Shown in pieces: positions 1 through 13,690 of a stretch of DNA of 64,000 nt. Source of the stretch: Octopus sinensis (Eukaryota); NCBI RefSeq assembly GCF_006345805.1, contig NC_043007.1, forward strand, positions 63,426,001 through 63,490,000, read 5' to 3'. Made by a program: the position numbers and the translations under genes. The notes under the pieces were generated by a model. The model was not told where the DNA came from. It saw only the letters and a list, made by a program, of their open reading frames with translations, and ran no database searches. The stretch's first letter is position 1. Each line of letters starts with the position of its first letter.

Positions 1-276
1 CTTTTCAATCACACAAGCATGCCTGTAGCTAATTTATAACCCATGAACTGAGAGTCCTATTTATTTGACATTTTCTTCTCTAAACACTTAAAAGTATTTA
101 ATTATAAAAGAAAAAAAATAGATCTATTTCTCTATAATCTAATCAACTTACAAGAACAATTTAAAATATTTGCTTTTTTTTTTTCCTGTCAAAGATAATT
201 AGGTTTATTTAAATAAATCACTAACAACAATTTTACTAATAAGTCACACAGTAAAAATTCTTCCTCATTAAAAGAA

Positions 277-453
277 CAAGTATGACTAAGTGGTGAATAA
301 CATGTTCAGTCAAGTTAAAACGCCACTGAAACAAGTTGGGGCAAACAATTGTTTTGAGACTGTGTCAAGTATGACTAAGTGGTGAATAACATGTTCAGTC
401 AAGTTAAAACGCCACTGAAACAAGTTGGGGCAAACAATTGTTTTGAGACTGTG
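277..453. repeat. Perfect tandem duplication, 89-bp period
   Basis: caagtatgactaagtgg...gagactgtg occurs at 277-364 and 366-453. Confidence 0.9.
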
Positions 454-2959
454 CTCAAATTGTGGTGTAGAGAGAGAGAGGAAGGAAGAGTGAAAAAGTA
501 ATTTGGAACATAGAACTACTGCAAAAATGTAGTACCCTTTTAACTTTCAAATAGAATTAAACAAAATAGGCATTTGATTTTTTGAAAATAAAATGTGACA
601 AAACTATCTTATTTTTAAGTGAATGTAACTAGATTCTTGAGCTAACTAATTTGTATTTGTAAAATTATAAGGTTGTATTTTAACATTAATACTTGTGTAA
701 TAACCCCAATGAAGATGTTTAACTTTGTCTAGTTTTGTTCTACTATTGAGACAGGAGTATACCTTATAATTGTCGGGAAAGTATTTCCTTAGCTTCAAGT
801 TTTGGACTGAAACAGAGTGGCATGACATCTAATGTTTGGTCCTTTCATCCAAACCACATTCACTAGTCTCTCTCTCTCCACTTTTCATAAAATTTCTCTC
901 CACCTTTGTTATATGTGATATATACAAGAGTTAAAGAGAGTTTCATCAGCAATTAAAAGACTCATCTTCAATTCTTTCAGCCTCTGCTATCACTGTGATC
1001 AGACAGTTAGAGTAGACTGTAGAAAACTGCCTACTTAGTCTATGTTAAAAAAGAGAAATTGACAAGATAATTTTCACACTAAACTTGGCTGTCCTCTTCT
1101 ATTTATCCTGAAACCATTTGAAGAACGAGAACAGAAACTCAATAAAATACACTAAACCTTTAAAAACAGCTGCTATTGATTTATATAAATAAAATAATGA
1201 CAGAATTAAGTGAGCAACTTCAAAGTACATCTAATATCTGAAAAGCATTTATTTTTCTCATTTAGTAAGGCTTACTGGAATGAAGTGAAAGTATTAAAAA
1301 CCTCATCACATTACTGAAATTTGGGAATATACTAACGACACTTGTGCTAAAGATACATAGTTCAAACATATGTGCAGTAACCATATAAAATGTGTGGTCT
1401 TGCTCAGAGCTGTGGAGTTGGAAGTAATTATTGTGGAGTTGGAAGTAATTATTGAATTATTAGAGTTAGAGTCAGTATGCTTTTATTGGTTCCAACTAAA
1501 TGTAAATTGTAAAATAATGCATTAAAATTTATTTCACAGATATTAATTTACCTGCTTTCTGCAATGAAAATAATCTAATCGAATTTGAAGATTTCTATAA
1601 TAGAGAATCTAGTAGAAACAATCCTGTTTTTATGTATGTCAATAACTTTTGGATTTAACTCCTATTCTATAGCTGCTCCCAAAATAGATTTTGCATGGAT
1701 AGATTTTTCAGTCTTCTACAAAATAAATTTTATCTTTTGCGTTCTTCTATGTTACACTTACTTGAATTCTATACTCAGTGATTTATATCACTAAAAGATT
1801 ATGTATCCAGTTACTTAAGGCATTCAATTTAGATTTAACACTGACTTTTTTTTTAACGTTGATCTCAATAAAATTAGATAATCAAAATTTTTGGAAAATA
1901 ATGAAATACAGATAAAAGTGACATTTCTATTTTAAGTTAACTAGTGAAAGATTGTCACAAGACATCTAGCAATAGTTTATGAAAGTTGTATGGTTTTGTT
2001 TCACTAACAATTTGTAGTAAAACAAAAAATAAAATACATAAAATCCAATCCCTCACAAGTGTAATAGAAAAGGTAGAGATGATGCACTCTTGTAAACTAT
2101 CAAGAGACAAAGTGAATTTCTGTTCAACACTTAACCAAGTGTAACAAACTTTTAGAAAGTTTATTCACCAAACAAATGCTAGAGAAAGGAAAGTGGGAAA
2201 TATTGACAGATTCAACATGTTTACACTGTCGATAACCTTGCTTAGTTCATATAAATATACTGATTGCTTTATTTCTGAAACAAATGGTACATTGAGAACT
2301 CAAATATTGATATGATATTTATATATATGCAAATAAATATATTGTGATGTGTGTGTGTGTGTGTGTATGTGTGTGTGTGTGTATGTGTGTGCGTGCGTGC
2401 GTGTCTGCATGCATGTGCATATTGCATTTGGAGAACATTTCTTTAATGTATTCATTTAAACTATTTTTATTCTATTTATATTTTATTTCAATTATTGAAG
2501 AGTTTCTATTGCAATTATTGAACATATAAAAAGGTAATAGAGGACAGAAACAACTGAATTCTTAACAAAATGCCATAGACTACTACATCATTTTTATGTG
2601 CAGAGTTCAAATCTCACAGGAATTAACTTTGTCTTTCATCCCACAGGGAGCAACAGGGAATCAATTCAATGAACTATGCCTTTCCCCCAAAAATGTGAAC
2701 TTCAGTTAATAAGAAATTATAATTGGGTATATTGGTATTAATTTTCCAAATACCATATTATCAGTGATTGAAGACAATGTCATTTTCTATAGGATGTTCA
2801 TCACTGGAATCATGATTATTTTGTGTATTACACTATTTTGCCCTTGGTTGGTTGTTTTACTTCAACTGGATATTTTCAATGTAAGGTCATATGTCCTTAA
2901 CTTAAGAAATTAAACTTGAAACCAAAAAATCCACAAGAAATAAATATAAAATACTTAAA

Positions 2960-3397
2960 GGCGCAGGAGTGGCTGTGTGGTAAGTAGCTTGCTAACCAAC
3001 CACATGGTTCCCGGTTCAGTCCCACTGCGTGGCATCTTGGGCAAGTGTCTTCTGCTATAGCCCCGGGGCCGACCAATGCCTTGTGAGTGGATTTGGTAGA
3101 CGGAAACTGAAAGAAGCCTGTCGTATATATGTATATATATATATATATATAGTCCAACCCATGCTAGCATGGAAAGCGGACGTTAAATGATGATGATGTA
3201 TGTGTGTCTGTGTTTGTACCCCTAGCATTGCTTGACAACCGATGCTGGTATGTTTACGTCCCTGTCACTTAGCGGTTCGGCAAAAGAGACCGATAGAATA
3301 AGTACTAGGCTTACAAAGAATAAGTCCCGGGGTCGATTTGCTCGACTAAAGGTGGTGCTCCAACATGGCCGCAGTCAAATGACTGAAAAGAGTAAAG
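2960..3397 (+). mobile_element. tRNA-derived SINE (major family) with an RTE-type 3' tail fragment inserted in its (TA)n tract
   Basis: A/B-box-like head (tggctgtgtggt; ggttcagtccc) and a body shared with many copies in the window. The internal piece ccatgctagcatggaaagcggacgttaaatgatgatgatg sits at about 3153-3198. Confidence 0.85.
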
Positions 3398-4189
3398 TTG
3401 TCTTTTTTACTATTTCACATACACATGCACTCTTTCAGGCTCATAGGGCAAAGATTATTTTGTGTATTCTTGATATCCTGATGAATTATTGGAAACTATT
3501 TTAAAAGATGGAATTCACCCTCTTCATAGAATAATTCAGCTGTGAAAGTCAAGCAGCATCTACTTGGTTGGCTAAAACAAGAAGAATAATATCCTGTGCA
3601 AGAACTGAACTTAGCCATTTAGCATTATTTGGAAATTTGTCTTGCAGTCACTGTTGAGTGTATTCCTAACCGTACATTTCTGTTTGTTTTTCAATGCTTA
3701 CATGATGGTTCTGAAACAAAACATTTGAGTGACATAACTATACAGCATCTCTGTGAGGCTGAACATTCTCAAGTTCATCCTAACACGATTTCTCAATTTT
3801 TGTTCTACCTTTAGGTCTAAATCAGCTGATAACACACACAAAAATTAAGCAATTATTTTCCATGCATTTATAGAGAAAACATATGAAAGAAAGTCTTGTA
3901 TCTTTTTGCCATTGCAGCTAACAAAAATGCATAAATCCCTTAAAATTACTATAGATATTTAGTTTCACAATCTTTTATGATGACCTTAAATATATATCAT
4001 TACTGAAACTGATACACAGAACCCAAGATTCCACTTTAGAGTTAGAAAATACTGAACTCTGGAAAGTTGATGGCCTCTCCTAGAAAGCTTGTGTTTAGTT
4101 CATTCATGTTAGAGAACTGCTCATATATTTGAGAGGCACATACAAACATGTGACATGCAAATATGTTGAACTGCTATTTGATTGAGTGA

Positions 4190-4500
4190 CAAAGATTCCT
4201 CAACATACTTCAACAACAGCTCATTGATATGTTTCTTCTCCCTACTATACTACTACAATGGCCTCTGCTCCACTAAGTTAACCAGCAATATGCACCTTTC
4301 CACTCACTTCTACTTAGCTTCTTCCATCACTGTTTCATCCTCTAGATTCTGCACAAAACCCTTCATCCTTCTTCCTCACATCAATAATGCTATATCATCC
4401 AGCTCCAACAAACATTTTTACACCAGACATTGATTTACATCACATATCAACTTCAATTTTGGAAGACCTGCAAACCATCATAGGCATTGTGCCTCCCTTA
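4190..4500 (+). mobile_element. Decayed CR1/Crack-like LINE 3' fragment
   Basis: C-rich sequence resembling a LINE ORF2 C-terminal region; heavily degenerate. Confidence 0.3.
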
Positions 4501-4949
4501 ATTCATGCAAAATACAAATAAAATAAAAATCTAATTGAAGAAGGTATGAACCGAACCTACACTGAGCAATAATTTGGTAAAAGAAGGATGTGGGTCAGTC
4601 TTCAACTTAATTTCTGTACTAATGTTTTATTTCTCTGTATATGTGTTATGTGCATTGTAATTCATATACACATGCACTAACATTTGTTGGCAGAAAAACT
4701 GCAATTAAATCTAAATTTATTTATTGATGCTTCTTTTTTCCTTATCTTTTAAGAGTAAGATTGTTAAACATTTGTACAGAGAATTTAAAGTTGAGTGGAA
4801 TTTATTAAAGACATTTAATTTCAATTTTTACATCAGAAAGTTTTTGTAATTGTTGATTAATTAACCAAGATTCATTGCTTCTCTAACAAACTGACAATAC
4901 AATTTTTAAAAATATATAAAAGAATTGTGCTTTTTATTGTCTCATGTGC

Positions 4950-6150
4950 ACCCAAAAGTCACCTTTTAATTCTCTGAACAATCAAAAAGCAAAAAGGATG
5001 AAGGAAAAAAATATAGCAATGTTTTGATGAATTCCAGTCAGCTTAATCATTAATTATTTCATCAACATTCATAGAATTATCTTTCTATCAGATAAAACTG
5101 CTACAAAATAAAATCGAATTCAAATAATTGATTTTAGAATAAGAGAGATCAAACTTCTCAAGCAGATGTGATAGTGTTAGATAAAAAGCTTTTAATATTT
5201 TTTTTGGGGGGGAATAGACATTTAAAATATCAACTTGATTTATTTTCTGTTTGACATTAAGACTACAAAGTGCTGTTTTGTCCATTTTTCTATACTAGCA
5301 AAAATTCATCAAATGTTTATAAAACTGCCTCTATCTTACTGCATCTGTTTTGGGATCATATTTTTTTAGGTCATTTTATAACAGACATTTAAATAACTTC
5401 TGTGTAACTGTCTCAATGCTTCCTAGGTTATCAACTTTTATACAGGGACAACATAAAAGAATTTTATTACTCATTAATTCTCACTGGTCATTTTGAGTGA
5501 TTATTCAATATCTTACTATTTTCCGTTCTTGACACTAGCTATTCATCTATAAATTTGCATATTTTCCTACAATAATTGCATTGCTCCTTTCATCAAATTA
5601 TCATATTGATTTTCTCTTACACATTACAACTTATTTCTTACTTCATACAATGAATATTACTCAATGGATTAATCATTTCAATTGTTATTTGTTTTTGGCA
5701 GGTCTTCTGCACTTGGTGCCCACTTTTCTCCCTTAACCATACATCACAATATTATATTTTGCGCAAAGTTTTCTAAATGTTTTCTGTTATTTTGCAGCGT
5801 TAGACCCATCCCATTAAAAAGAAAGCCATGTAAATAGATATAAAGCCCTTTCCTCAAATATGGAATGCCACCCATATAACACATCTAATTCTGCCATTAG
5901 TATCCTTAATTTATGTCTGAACTATACATACTATTTTTTCATGTAAATGCACTTAGATCACTAAGTGTTGAGTGACTGTCAATCTCCTTGGAATGTGAAA
6001 ATACTTCTTTTAATAACTATTAGATGAATCGTCAACATTACAGTTAACATACTTCCAACAAATATTCATACAATTTCTTGCGACTAACAGTCACACCCCC
6101 AACAAACTTTACAGATATGCAAACAAAAAGTTAAATAAAAGCTAAAATAA
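4950..6150 (-). mobile_element. Decayed R4/Dong-like non-LTR reverse transcriptase relic
   Basis: Minus-strand translation gives IVIKRSIF..FQGD*QSL, corresponding to the RT motif IKRGIFQGDSLSPL. Many stops. Confidence 0.5.
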
Positions 6151-6602
6151 ACTTTTCTATAATTGCCATATGATTTTTAATTTTGAGAATCCAGTAACTT
6201 GTGGTTTATCAAATATCAATAATACAGTTAAAACAGTCACTTAAGAAAAGAAAAAGGAAAGGATAAAAATTCAAAAAAGCTAGGCTGCAAAGGTCCATAA
6301 AATTTAATTTTGCATTTCATTCTACTGGAGTCAAGGACTCTCAAATATGTAATAAAACTGAAATCTCAAAATTATGTCTGCAACTGAGAAGTAATTTTAT
6401 ATAGAACCCTTGAAACATTTTTTTTACAAACCAAGTTTACTGATATTTGCTAACAAATAAAATCTATAGAAAAATATTGATTTTACACTGTTCCTATCTA
6501 CTCAGCTGAAATTAAGTGTCAGCTGAGTCCTGGTAAAATTCCCTTTCCCTCTAGGAAAATAAAGCTATAACTTGTAAAAGAATAATTATGAATTGACTAA
6601 TA

Positions 6603-6760
6603 GGTACAGGTGTGGCTGTATGGTAAGAAACTTGTTTCCCAACCACACAATTCTGGGTTTAATCTCACAGCATGGCACCTTGGGTAAGTGTCTTCTACAG
6701 TAGTCTTGGATGACCAAAGCCTTGTGAGTAGATTTGGTAGATGGAAATTGAAAGAAGCCT

Positions 6761-6823
<63 letters not shown>

Positions 6824-7037
6824 GTGTGTTTGTCTTTGTGTCTGTGCTTGACAATTGGTGTTGGTTGGTGTGTTTACATACCCATAACTTAAGCAGTTCA
6901 GCAAAAAAACCCAATACAATAAATACCAAACTTTAAAAAATAAGTCCTGGTGTCAATTTATTCAACTAAAACCCTTCAAGGCAGTGCTCCAGCATGGCCA
7001 CAGTCAAATGACTGAAACAAGTAAACGATAAAAGATA
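6603..7037 (+). mobile_element. tRNA-derived SINE (same family as 2960) with expanded (TA)n
   Basis: Colinear similarity to 2960-3397. Confidence 0.85.
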
Positions 7038-7346
7038 ATTGGAAAAGTTCAACTCAGCTGTATGACCTATAAATAATACTTGGGTCTTCTTTAGGAAACT
7101 ACGCACCATATAGTTAGAAAACAATTAGTTCGGTGTAATTTCATAGAAAAATGAAAGAGCTGATTTTCTCTCTCTCATGTACATATTTCATCAGTAGTTC
7201 ATATATCCAAAATAGAAGCTAATTCTAAAACATTAGAGCAGTAATATATTTGAACCTGACAAGTCACCTCTATAGTTAAGCACTATATAGATGCAAAACC
7301 AATCGCCACTCTCTGACCAGCCATAGCAATCAACATTCTAACACAC

Positions 7347-7422
<76 letters not shown>

Positions 7423-7477
7423 TTTGTAAAACCATATCCGAAAGAAGCAGCACACTCTAGATGTATGGCAGTTTATA

Positions 7478-7712
7478 TTAAAAATGGGGAAGGCCGGTTT
7501 ATGGGATTACCTTAGGCTTCCCATCCATAAAGGTTTTAGCCTTATGGTATATCATCAGATCCCAGAAACCTGTTGGCCCATGACCTCTTAAAAATATTTT
7601 TAAGAGGTCATGGGTCTACAGGTTTTGGGGATCTGATAATACACCATAAAGCTAAATCCTTTATGGACAGGAAACCTAAAGTAATCCCATAAACTGGCCT
7701 TCCCCATTTTTT
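7478..7712. mobile_element. Palindromic Penelope-type terminal-repeat pair (HHR family A), no ORF
   Basis: About 115-bp inverted arms around taaaaatattttta. The arms are homologous to 49938-50040 and 50615-50712, and each arm carries an HHR-like motif. Confidence 0.8.
7503..7563 (-). ncRNA. Type I hammerhead motif, variant (GAAG in place of GAAA)
   Basis: Minus strand reads gggat CTGATGA [stem II] GAAG cctaag GTA atccc. Stem I is gggat/atccc. Confidence 0.6.
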
Positions 7713-8094
7713 ATATATATATATATATATATATAAGATAAAGAGCCTGCCATCACCTGCAAATAAATGTGGTTAGGTAATGCATTTTGCATTCACTAAC
7801 TGTTTTAAGTGCCTATGCAACCATGAAAGGACATAGATACCCTCTCATCTCTCTCTCTTGCTTTTTGACTCAGTGGCACATCCAGCATGACAACTGGAGA
7901 GAGAGAAAGAATTGTACCAGCACTCAGCTGGTACTCATTTTCAACTCAGTAAATAGGAACAATGTGAAATGAAGTGCCTGGCAGAAAGAAGCAACATACA
8001 ACCCATTCCAAGAATTGAATCCATGACATCATGATTGTGAGCCATACAGCTTAACTACTGCATCACATGCCTTCATATATATGTCTGTTTCATT

Positions 8095-8320
8095 ATCTTC
8101 ATCACTTAACATGTTTTCCATGCTGACATGGGTTGGATGGTTTGACAGGAGTTGGCAAGCCAGAAGATTATGTCAGGTTCCATTGTCTGTTTTGGCATGG
8201 TTTCTACAGCTGGATACTCTTTCTAATGCCAACCACTTTACAGAGTGTATTGGGTGGTTTTTACATGACACCAGCATTGGTGGGGTCACCAAGTAACTTG
8301 CAAGACAAAAGCCACTCAAC
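8095..8320 (-). mobile_element. RTE-type 3' end / RTE-tailed SINE fragment
   Basis: Reverse of the ...catgctagcatggaaaacggacgttaaatgatgatg family tail, followed by the shared body. Confidence 0.7.
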
Positions 8321-9049
8321 AGGGAAGGGGAGTAGTATTGAGGTGGATAGCTTTGTACTAGTTGGAAGGTAAGTTGCTATAGAGGAGATATATGGCTACT
8401 CTAGATGGAAAGGAAAGAAGAGATGGGAAAGGAGAAAGCTGGGGTTATAGAGAAAGAAAGAGATATATAGAGAGACAGTTGATGGTAGAGATATGTATAG
8501 GTTAATTTTTTATTACATAAATTTAAAAAAAAACATCCTTATTCTTTTTGCATCTTACAAAAATGTTTAACTTTTTCTAGTCATAAAACAACAGGTTTTG
8601 TTGAAATAAAGCCTACATGTTGAAGTACTAAATTCCAAAGCAGAGGGTGGCTAATAAAATGAGATGGCTACAGTTGATACATTGACTGAACACATTTTAA
8701 TCATAGTATAAGTCTACAAAATAAGTACATGCAGAAAACTTGCTGTTATTAATCTCATTCAAGATAATGCAATTAAATAATAACTCCTTGAGATAAAGGT
8801 GAGAGATTAAGTTGGCTCTAGTAAGATTTGAACACAGAATGTAGAGACATGTAACTGTATACTGAAAGATATTTAATTCAATGCTCTACCTACCCTATCT
8901 GTCTCTCCACCAACCTAATTTGGAATCTAAAATAAATCTTTAACTCTGAATAATTACAGCAGAAAACCAAATGGGTTGACTGTTTTAAATGTTATTAAAA
9001 CATCACCAATCACTATTGGTTTGAATAATAATGATTTCTAATATTAATA

Positions 9050-9230
9050 CAATATCAGGGTTGTGGGAAGGAACAGTTAATCAATTCCAATACATGAGTG
9101 GTTTTCATTTTATTAATCCTGAAGAGATAAAAGGAAAAGTCGATTCCAGCAGAATTTGAATTCAGAACATAAAAGTACATGACTAAATATCACAAGGCAT
9201 TTTGTTTGGTGCTCTACTTATTTTGCCACT
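9050..9230 (-). mobile_element. Degenerate second-family SINE (gagttcaaat...aagttgac type)
   Basis: Similar to copies at 19690, 22375, 40215 and 60915. Confidence 0.55.
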
Positions 9231-10769
9231 CACCTCCTTATAATAATTGTTATTAATATAGACACAATGTTAAAAATTAATGAAAGAGCTTAGTCGATTA
9301 AATCAGCCACTTTACTTCTATTTCATTAACCACAGAAAAATGAAAGGCAAAGTTGAGGTAAAGAGCTCTATAAAAAAGATAATCTAAATGTGTATATTTG
9401 GTTTAAAATGGAATATGTGTGAGTGTGTGAATATATAAGAAAAAGAGAGAGTGAGATATACAGAAGCTGTAGAAAGTTTATTCAGTAAGAAATATTGTAT
9501 GCTTAGAATTAATGAAATTTAAAACCACTGTTAAAAAACAGCACAAAGAAAAATAGATAACCAGACATTTAAAGTGTCGAAACAGTCTTTTACTAATCTT
9601 AAGAACTCACCAGGAATTGTCTACGAATGTAATTACATAGTAACCCTGACACAGTGACATATTAGAGAGAGACTCCAATTAAATGTTAATCAAAGAAAAA
9701 AGCCATGATTACAAACCAAACTTCACAGTCTGTCATACATTCATTCTTAAAAGATTAAGTCTTCATTCCCATTCCCACCTTAATCCAACACCCAACAATC
9801 TTTTAGATTGTATTACGTATGGTGAACCCATTACCTTTTAAACTGGATGATAAGTTCACCTTTTAAACTGGATGATAAGTTCACTGACATGAGCTAAGTT
9901 GTTAAATCAACGGAGGATTGGGGCAGCTTTATGCTGAAGTCTGTGCTCTCTAACAAAATTTTCAAAATAGTTTCACTGGCCTAGCAGATAAGGTATTACT
10001 TGACTGAGAAGTTGTATTCTTGTTATTGACATTGTACTCTTCAAGAAATGAGACAATAAACTATCTCTTAATCAGAATGTAAAATAGATAAAAAGCATAG
10101 AAAATAACAAAAAGATAGTGACTGAGCTGGAGTACGAAATTATCTGAAAGCAAGTGTTGATTTTGTGGTTTACAGTGTGAATATCAAATCCACCTTCACA
10201 AGTGAGTGAGTGAGTGAGTTAGACTTGCAAAATAATCTGTTGCAAGCAAACAAATCAAATCAACACGAACACAATGTTAATTATTGACTGAGCTAGAGAT
10301 ACCTGTGGTTACCTGACAAGCAAATTCGATAAAAAGGAATTTAGTGTAAATATAGGACCAAGCTCCCAGGGAAGAAAAATTCATTGCATTCATTTCTCTG
10401 ATAAACTGACCAGTTATGTAAGTTATTCCATTAGCAATGGTCACAAGTATTGTTGATGTTTGTTGAATAACTTTGATCAACGCTACTTGAACAGACTAAA
10501 GGCATAGACAAGGCTGAATGAGTGCATAAAAGTAAACCAAAAGTTAAGATAAGCCATGATTTAGTCTGATCAGGGACTATACACTCCCTATTACATATGC
10601 AAAAGAGGCAGTTAGGACAGATACCTTCTGCTTGCTCTCCTCCAATTTGTTCATACGTGATTGAAATATCTGACTGTTACAGTCAAGAGAGGTGAAATAC
10701 AAGATTATCTTAAATCTTGAGACTTGTTAAGAGGTAGATAGGAAAGTAGTAATAAATTTCATTATACCA

Positions 10770-11245
10770 GCTTCCTTACTATACACAAAAGCTTCATTTA
10801 CAAAGAACATTTGCAAAAGAAACATGCACTAATAAGACAATCTAAATATTCTAACAGTACAAACCTGGGCAGACTCTTTTACAGAAACCTTTCATTATAG
10901 AGTTGCTATTAAACAGGTCTTTTTTTCAATAAGATTCAAAATCAAGTACACTGATCAGTCTATTTTCAGGTTTGGTTGTGGACAGACCTCAAGCAAAGAT
11001 AACCAAGGACCCCATTCCCAAGCCAGGTAATAAAGGCAACCTGCCAAGGATGCTCATTACTATACAAAAGCTTCATTTACTTTTTTTGCAATAAAGCATT
11101 CAAAATCTAACGTAAACAGGGCAACAGTGCATAAGAGAGCACAGGCTCATAAGAAATCTACAGTGGGGTGTGGACAGACCTCAAGCAAAGATAACCAAGG
11201 ACCCCATTCCCAAGCCAGGTAATAAAGGCAACCTGCCAAGGATGA
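10770..11245. repeat. Local direct duplications
   Basis: tgtggacagacctcaagc...ctgccaaggatg (about 75 bp) occurs at about 10977 and 11169. ttactat(ac)acaaaagcttcatttac occurs at about 10776 and 11057. Confidence 0.8.
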
Positions 11246-12149
11246 TGTACAATCTGAATAAGCCCAATAGTATTTAAAAAGCACAACTCTAATCACATGG
11301 AAGCAACAGGAACTCTGCCAAAAGATGCAGAGTGGGTTCCCTAGCTCATGAAAGTTTAGAAGAGGCATCCAGCTGCAAAAATAAGAAGGCACAAATGGAG
11401 ATAACAAAGAGAAGACTTTAGTGTTGTTGTGGACATTATATACTACCAGTGACATGAAAAATTGCACCTAGTACATTCTGTGAAGTGATTGGAAAGGTAT
11501 CCAGTTATGAAATCTTGCCAAAATTAACATAACAGTATTGGCTGGTTTTTACTTTATTGCTTTGTGTGCCAGAAAATGAGGGTCTGCCATGAATGACAAT
11601 ATGCAGTGAGACTAAAACAATCCATGGAACATTGTAAAAAGATATACTATAATGATGGGTTTAGAGTATCCTTCCACTTTCTCTTCAATTAAAGTCATGT
11701 GTGTTAGTAATTTCTTTTATGGTCTCAAGAATCTGTTTCAATACACTTATGAAATATTTAAGCTATTACAGCACTTGACCATCAGGTCAAAGGCTTTACT
11801 TCACATTATGTGTACATGGCTTACTGAGAACCAGGAACTACACTGATTTCTTTGTGTTTAAAAGGGGAATCCTGATCTAAAACATTTTTAATTGTTCTTG
11901 CACATTAAAATTTTCTAAACTATAGCACCATAAAGAGGTGGTTGAAAAATATCAAAATATTTTCTTTATATAATGATTCATGTACTAATATTGATAGTTA
12001 TATCATAAAAGTAAGATGTTTTCAAGTTTTTTTTTGTTTTTTAAAGATAAGGCTGAAAAAGGTAATTAATTTAAAGACTGCTAGCTGGATGGACCTGACT
12101 GAAAAAAAATTCTCTACAAGAATAATACCAATCTAAATCAACAAAATGG

Positions 12150-12900
12150 AACAACGTAAATTTCCTTGACCACTGAAAGCCACAAGGTAAGACAAAATAA
12201 CAATGCAAGATTCTTTCAAAAAGAATCCAAGTTAAAATAACACAAATGATCCAGTTCTTGGGAGTTTTCTCATGATAAAATATAACTGCATCACCAGAAG
12301 TTCTTAAAAATACTAGAGGGGATAATGGGGAAAATAGCCCAAATGAAGGTAAAATTGATTGTAGAGTTCTATGCAGTTGCTTAATTCATTAGAAATAGCA
12401 GACAAATTACAAAGGATACATTGAATTATGAGTCCTAGATATGTAAAATGATAGTTTGGTCACGTATATCTCTTTGGTCAAAGTTACTGAAGCTAAGTTA
12501 CTACATGGCTGTAGCTTCCAAGTGTATGTAAAGCTCTTTAGGAGAGAACAAAGGGATCAAATGAAGATATGAATAAATTTATTGTGGAGCAGGCAGATTG
12601 CTTGTTATTTGAATAGACCCACTTTTTGGCTTTTCTGTTCTCAGATGCAAAAGAGATGGATAGCTTAATAATGTGAAAACCTGACCAGCCTAACATAGGG
12701 AAAGGAATGTAAAAATTAAAATAATTATGAAAATGATAGTAAGAACAAAAGTAAATGCTATCATTTCCACATTATTGAAGGTGAAGTGAACCAACTGTAA
12801 GGAGACCTTGAAGCTAGAGTTTACATAAACAGAAATTTGAACAAAATACTTGGCATCAAAAATAAAATCAAACATATCTAGCAATAAGTTAGCATCATGT
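12150..12900 (+). mobile_element. Decayed LINE AP-endonuclease relic
   Basis: ggagaccttgaagctagagtt encodes GDLEARV, compared with the APE motif GDFNARV. Otherwise degenerate. Confidence 0.4.
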
Positions 12901-13060
12901 GAAAAGAAAGCTATTCATTGTAATCAAGTATTTTAGTATAGTTTATTAATATTGCTTAAGCGGTTACACAATTTAAAAAAACACGCTTTTCTAAGGGAAC
13001 ATTTTCACTTATTAGCATTCAGATTCCTACAGTTTTGTATTTAAGAGATGAGGAATAATG

Positions 13061-13690
13061 TACATTATTTACATTTGACTGATATTTGTCCTCATCTTGT
13101 TTGTGGTAAGTTATACAAAGGCGAAACATGCCCCCCCCCGCCCTCAAAATAAGGCTAGAGGAAGATCGCAAAGCTGTGACACAGTGAGATATTGATAAAT
13201 CGGGTATAGCTGATCATGTATAGAAAAGTGGAGACCACCTCCCCCTGTGGGATGAAGCTAAAATAATAGAGAGAGAACATCACTGGAAAATACGAAAACT
13301 AAAAGAAGCAGTACATATGCTAGGACACAGCAACCTCCTAAGCAGACCGGGTGCAGATATGAACAGCATATGGGAACCAGTATTAAGGAAGGATAGGAGA
13401 ATATTAGACTTATAAGCCCTAAAATTCACTTCATAATTGCCCATGGACATATGGCATAGTGGTTAAGAGCACGGGCTACTAACCCCAAGATTCCGAGTTT
13501 TATTCCAGGCAGTGATCTGAATAATAATAATAACAACAACAATAACATCAAAAAATACCTTAGGAATGGGAACCCAGGTTCGAAATTTCCCCAAGACACT
13601 TGATGAAGGCTGGAGGGTATATCAGCTGAAACACTGTGTTAACAACAAACAAGATGGGGACAAATATCCGTCAAATATAAATAATTGTAA
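13061..13690 (+). mobile_element. 5'-truncated Penelope-like element: GIY-YIG C-terminus, terminal repeat, and partial inverted terminal repeat at left
   Basis: Frameshifted translation CGKLYKGETC..LK.RLEE.RKAV...SGIADHV..SGDHLPLWDEAKIIEREHHWKIRKLKEAVHM. 13067-13104 is the inverse of 13645-13682. Confidence 0.85.
13595..13640 (+). ncRNA. Minimal type I hammerhead relic (HHR family B)
   Basis: gacac TTGATGA aggctg gagggtatat cagct GAAAC AC T gtgtt. Stem I is gacac/gtgtt. C3, G16.2 and U16.1 are altered, so it is probably inactive. Confidence 0.65.

Noticed and set aside
10277-10480. ORFs on both strands (minus 67 aa; plus RDTCGYLTSKF...|gtaagt)
   Set aside because: No recognisable motif, weak acceptors, and no fit to the expected CCDC88 exon 3.
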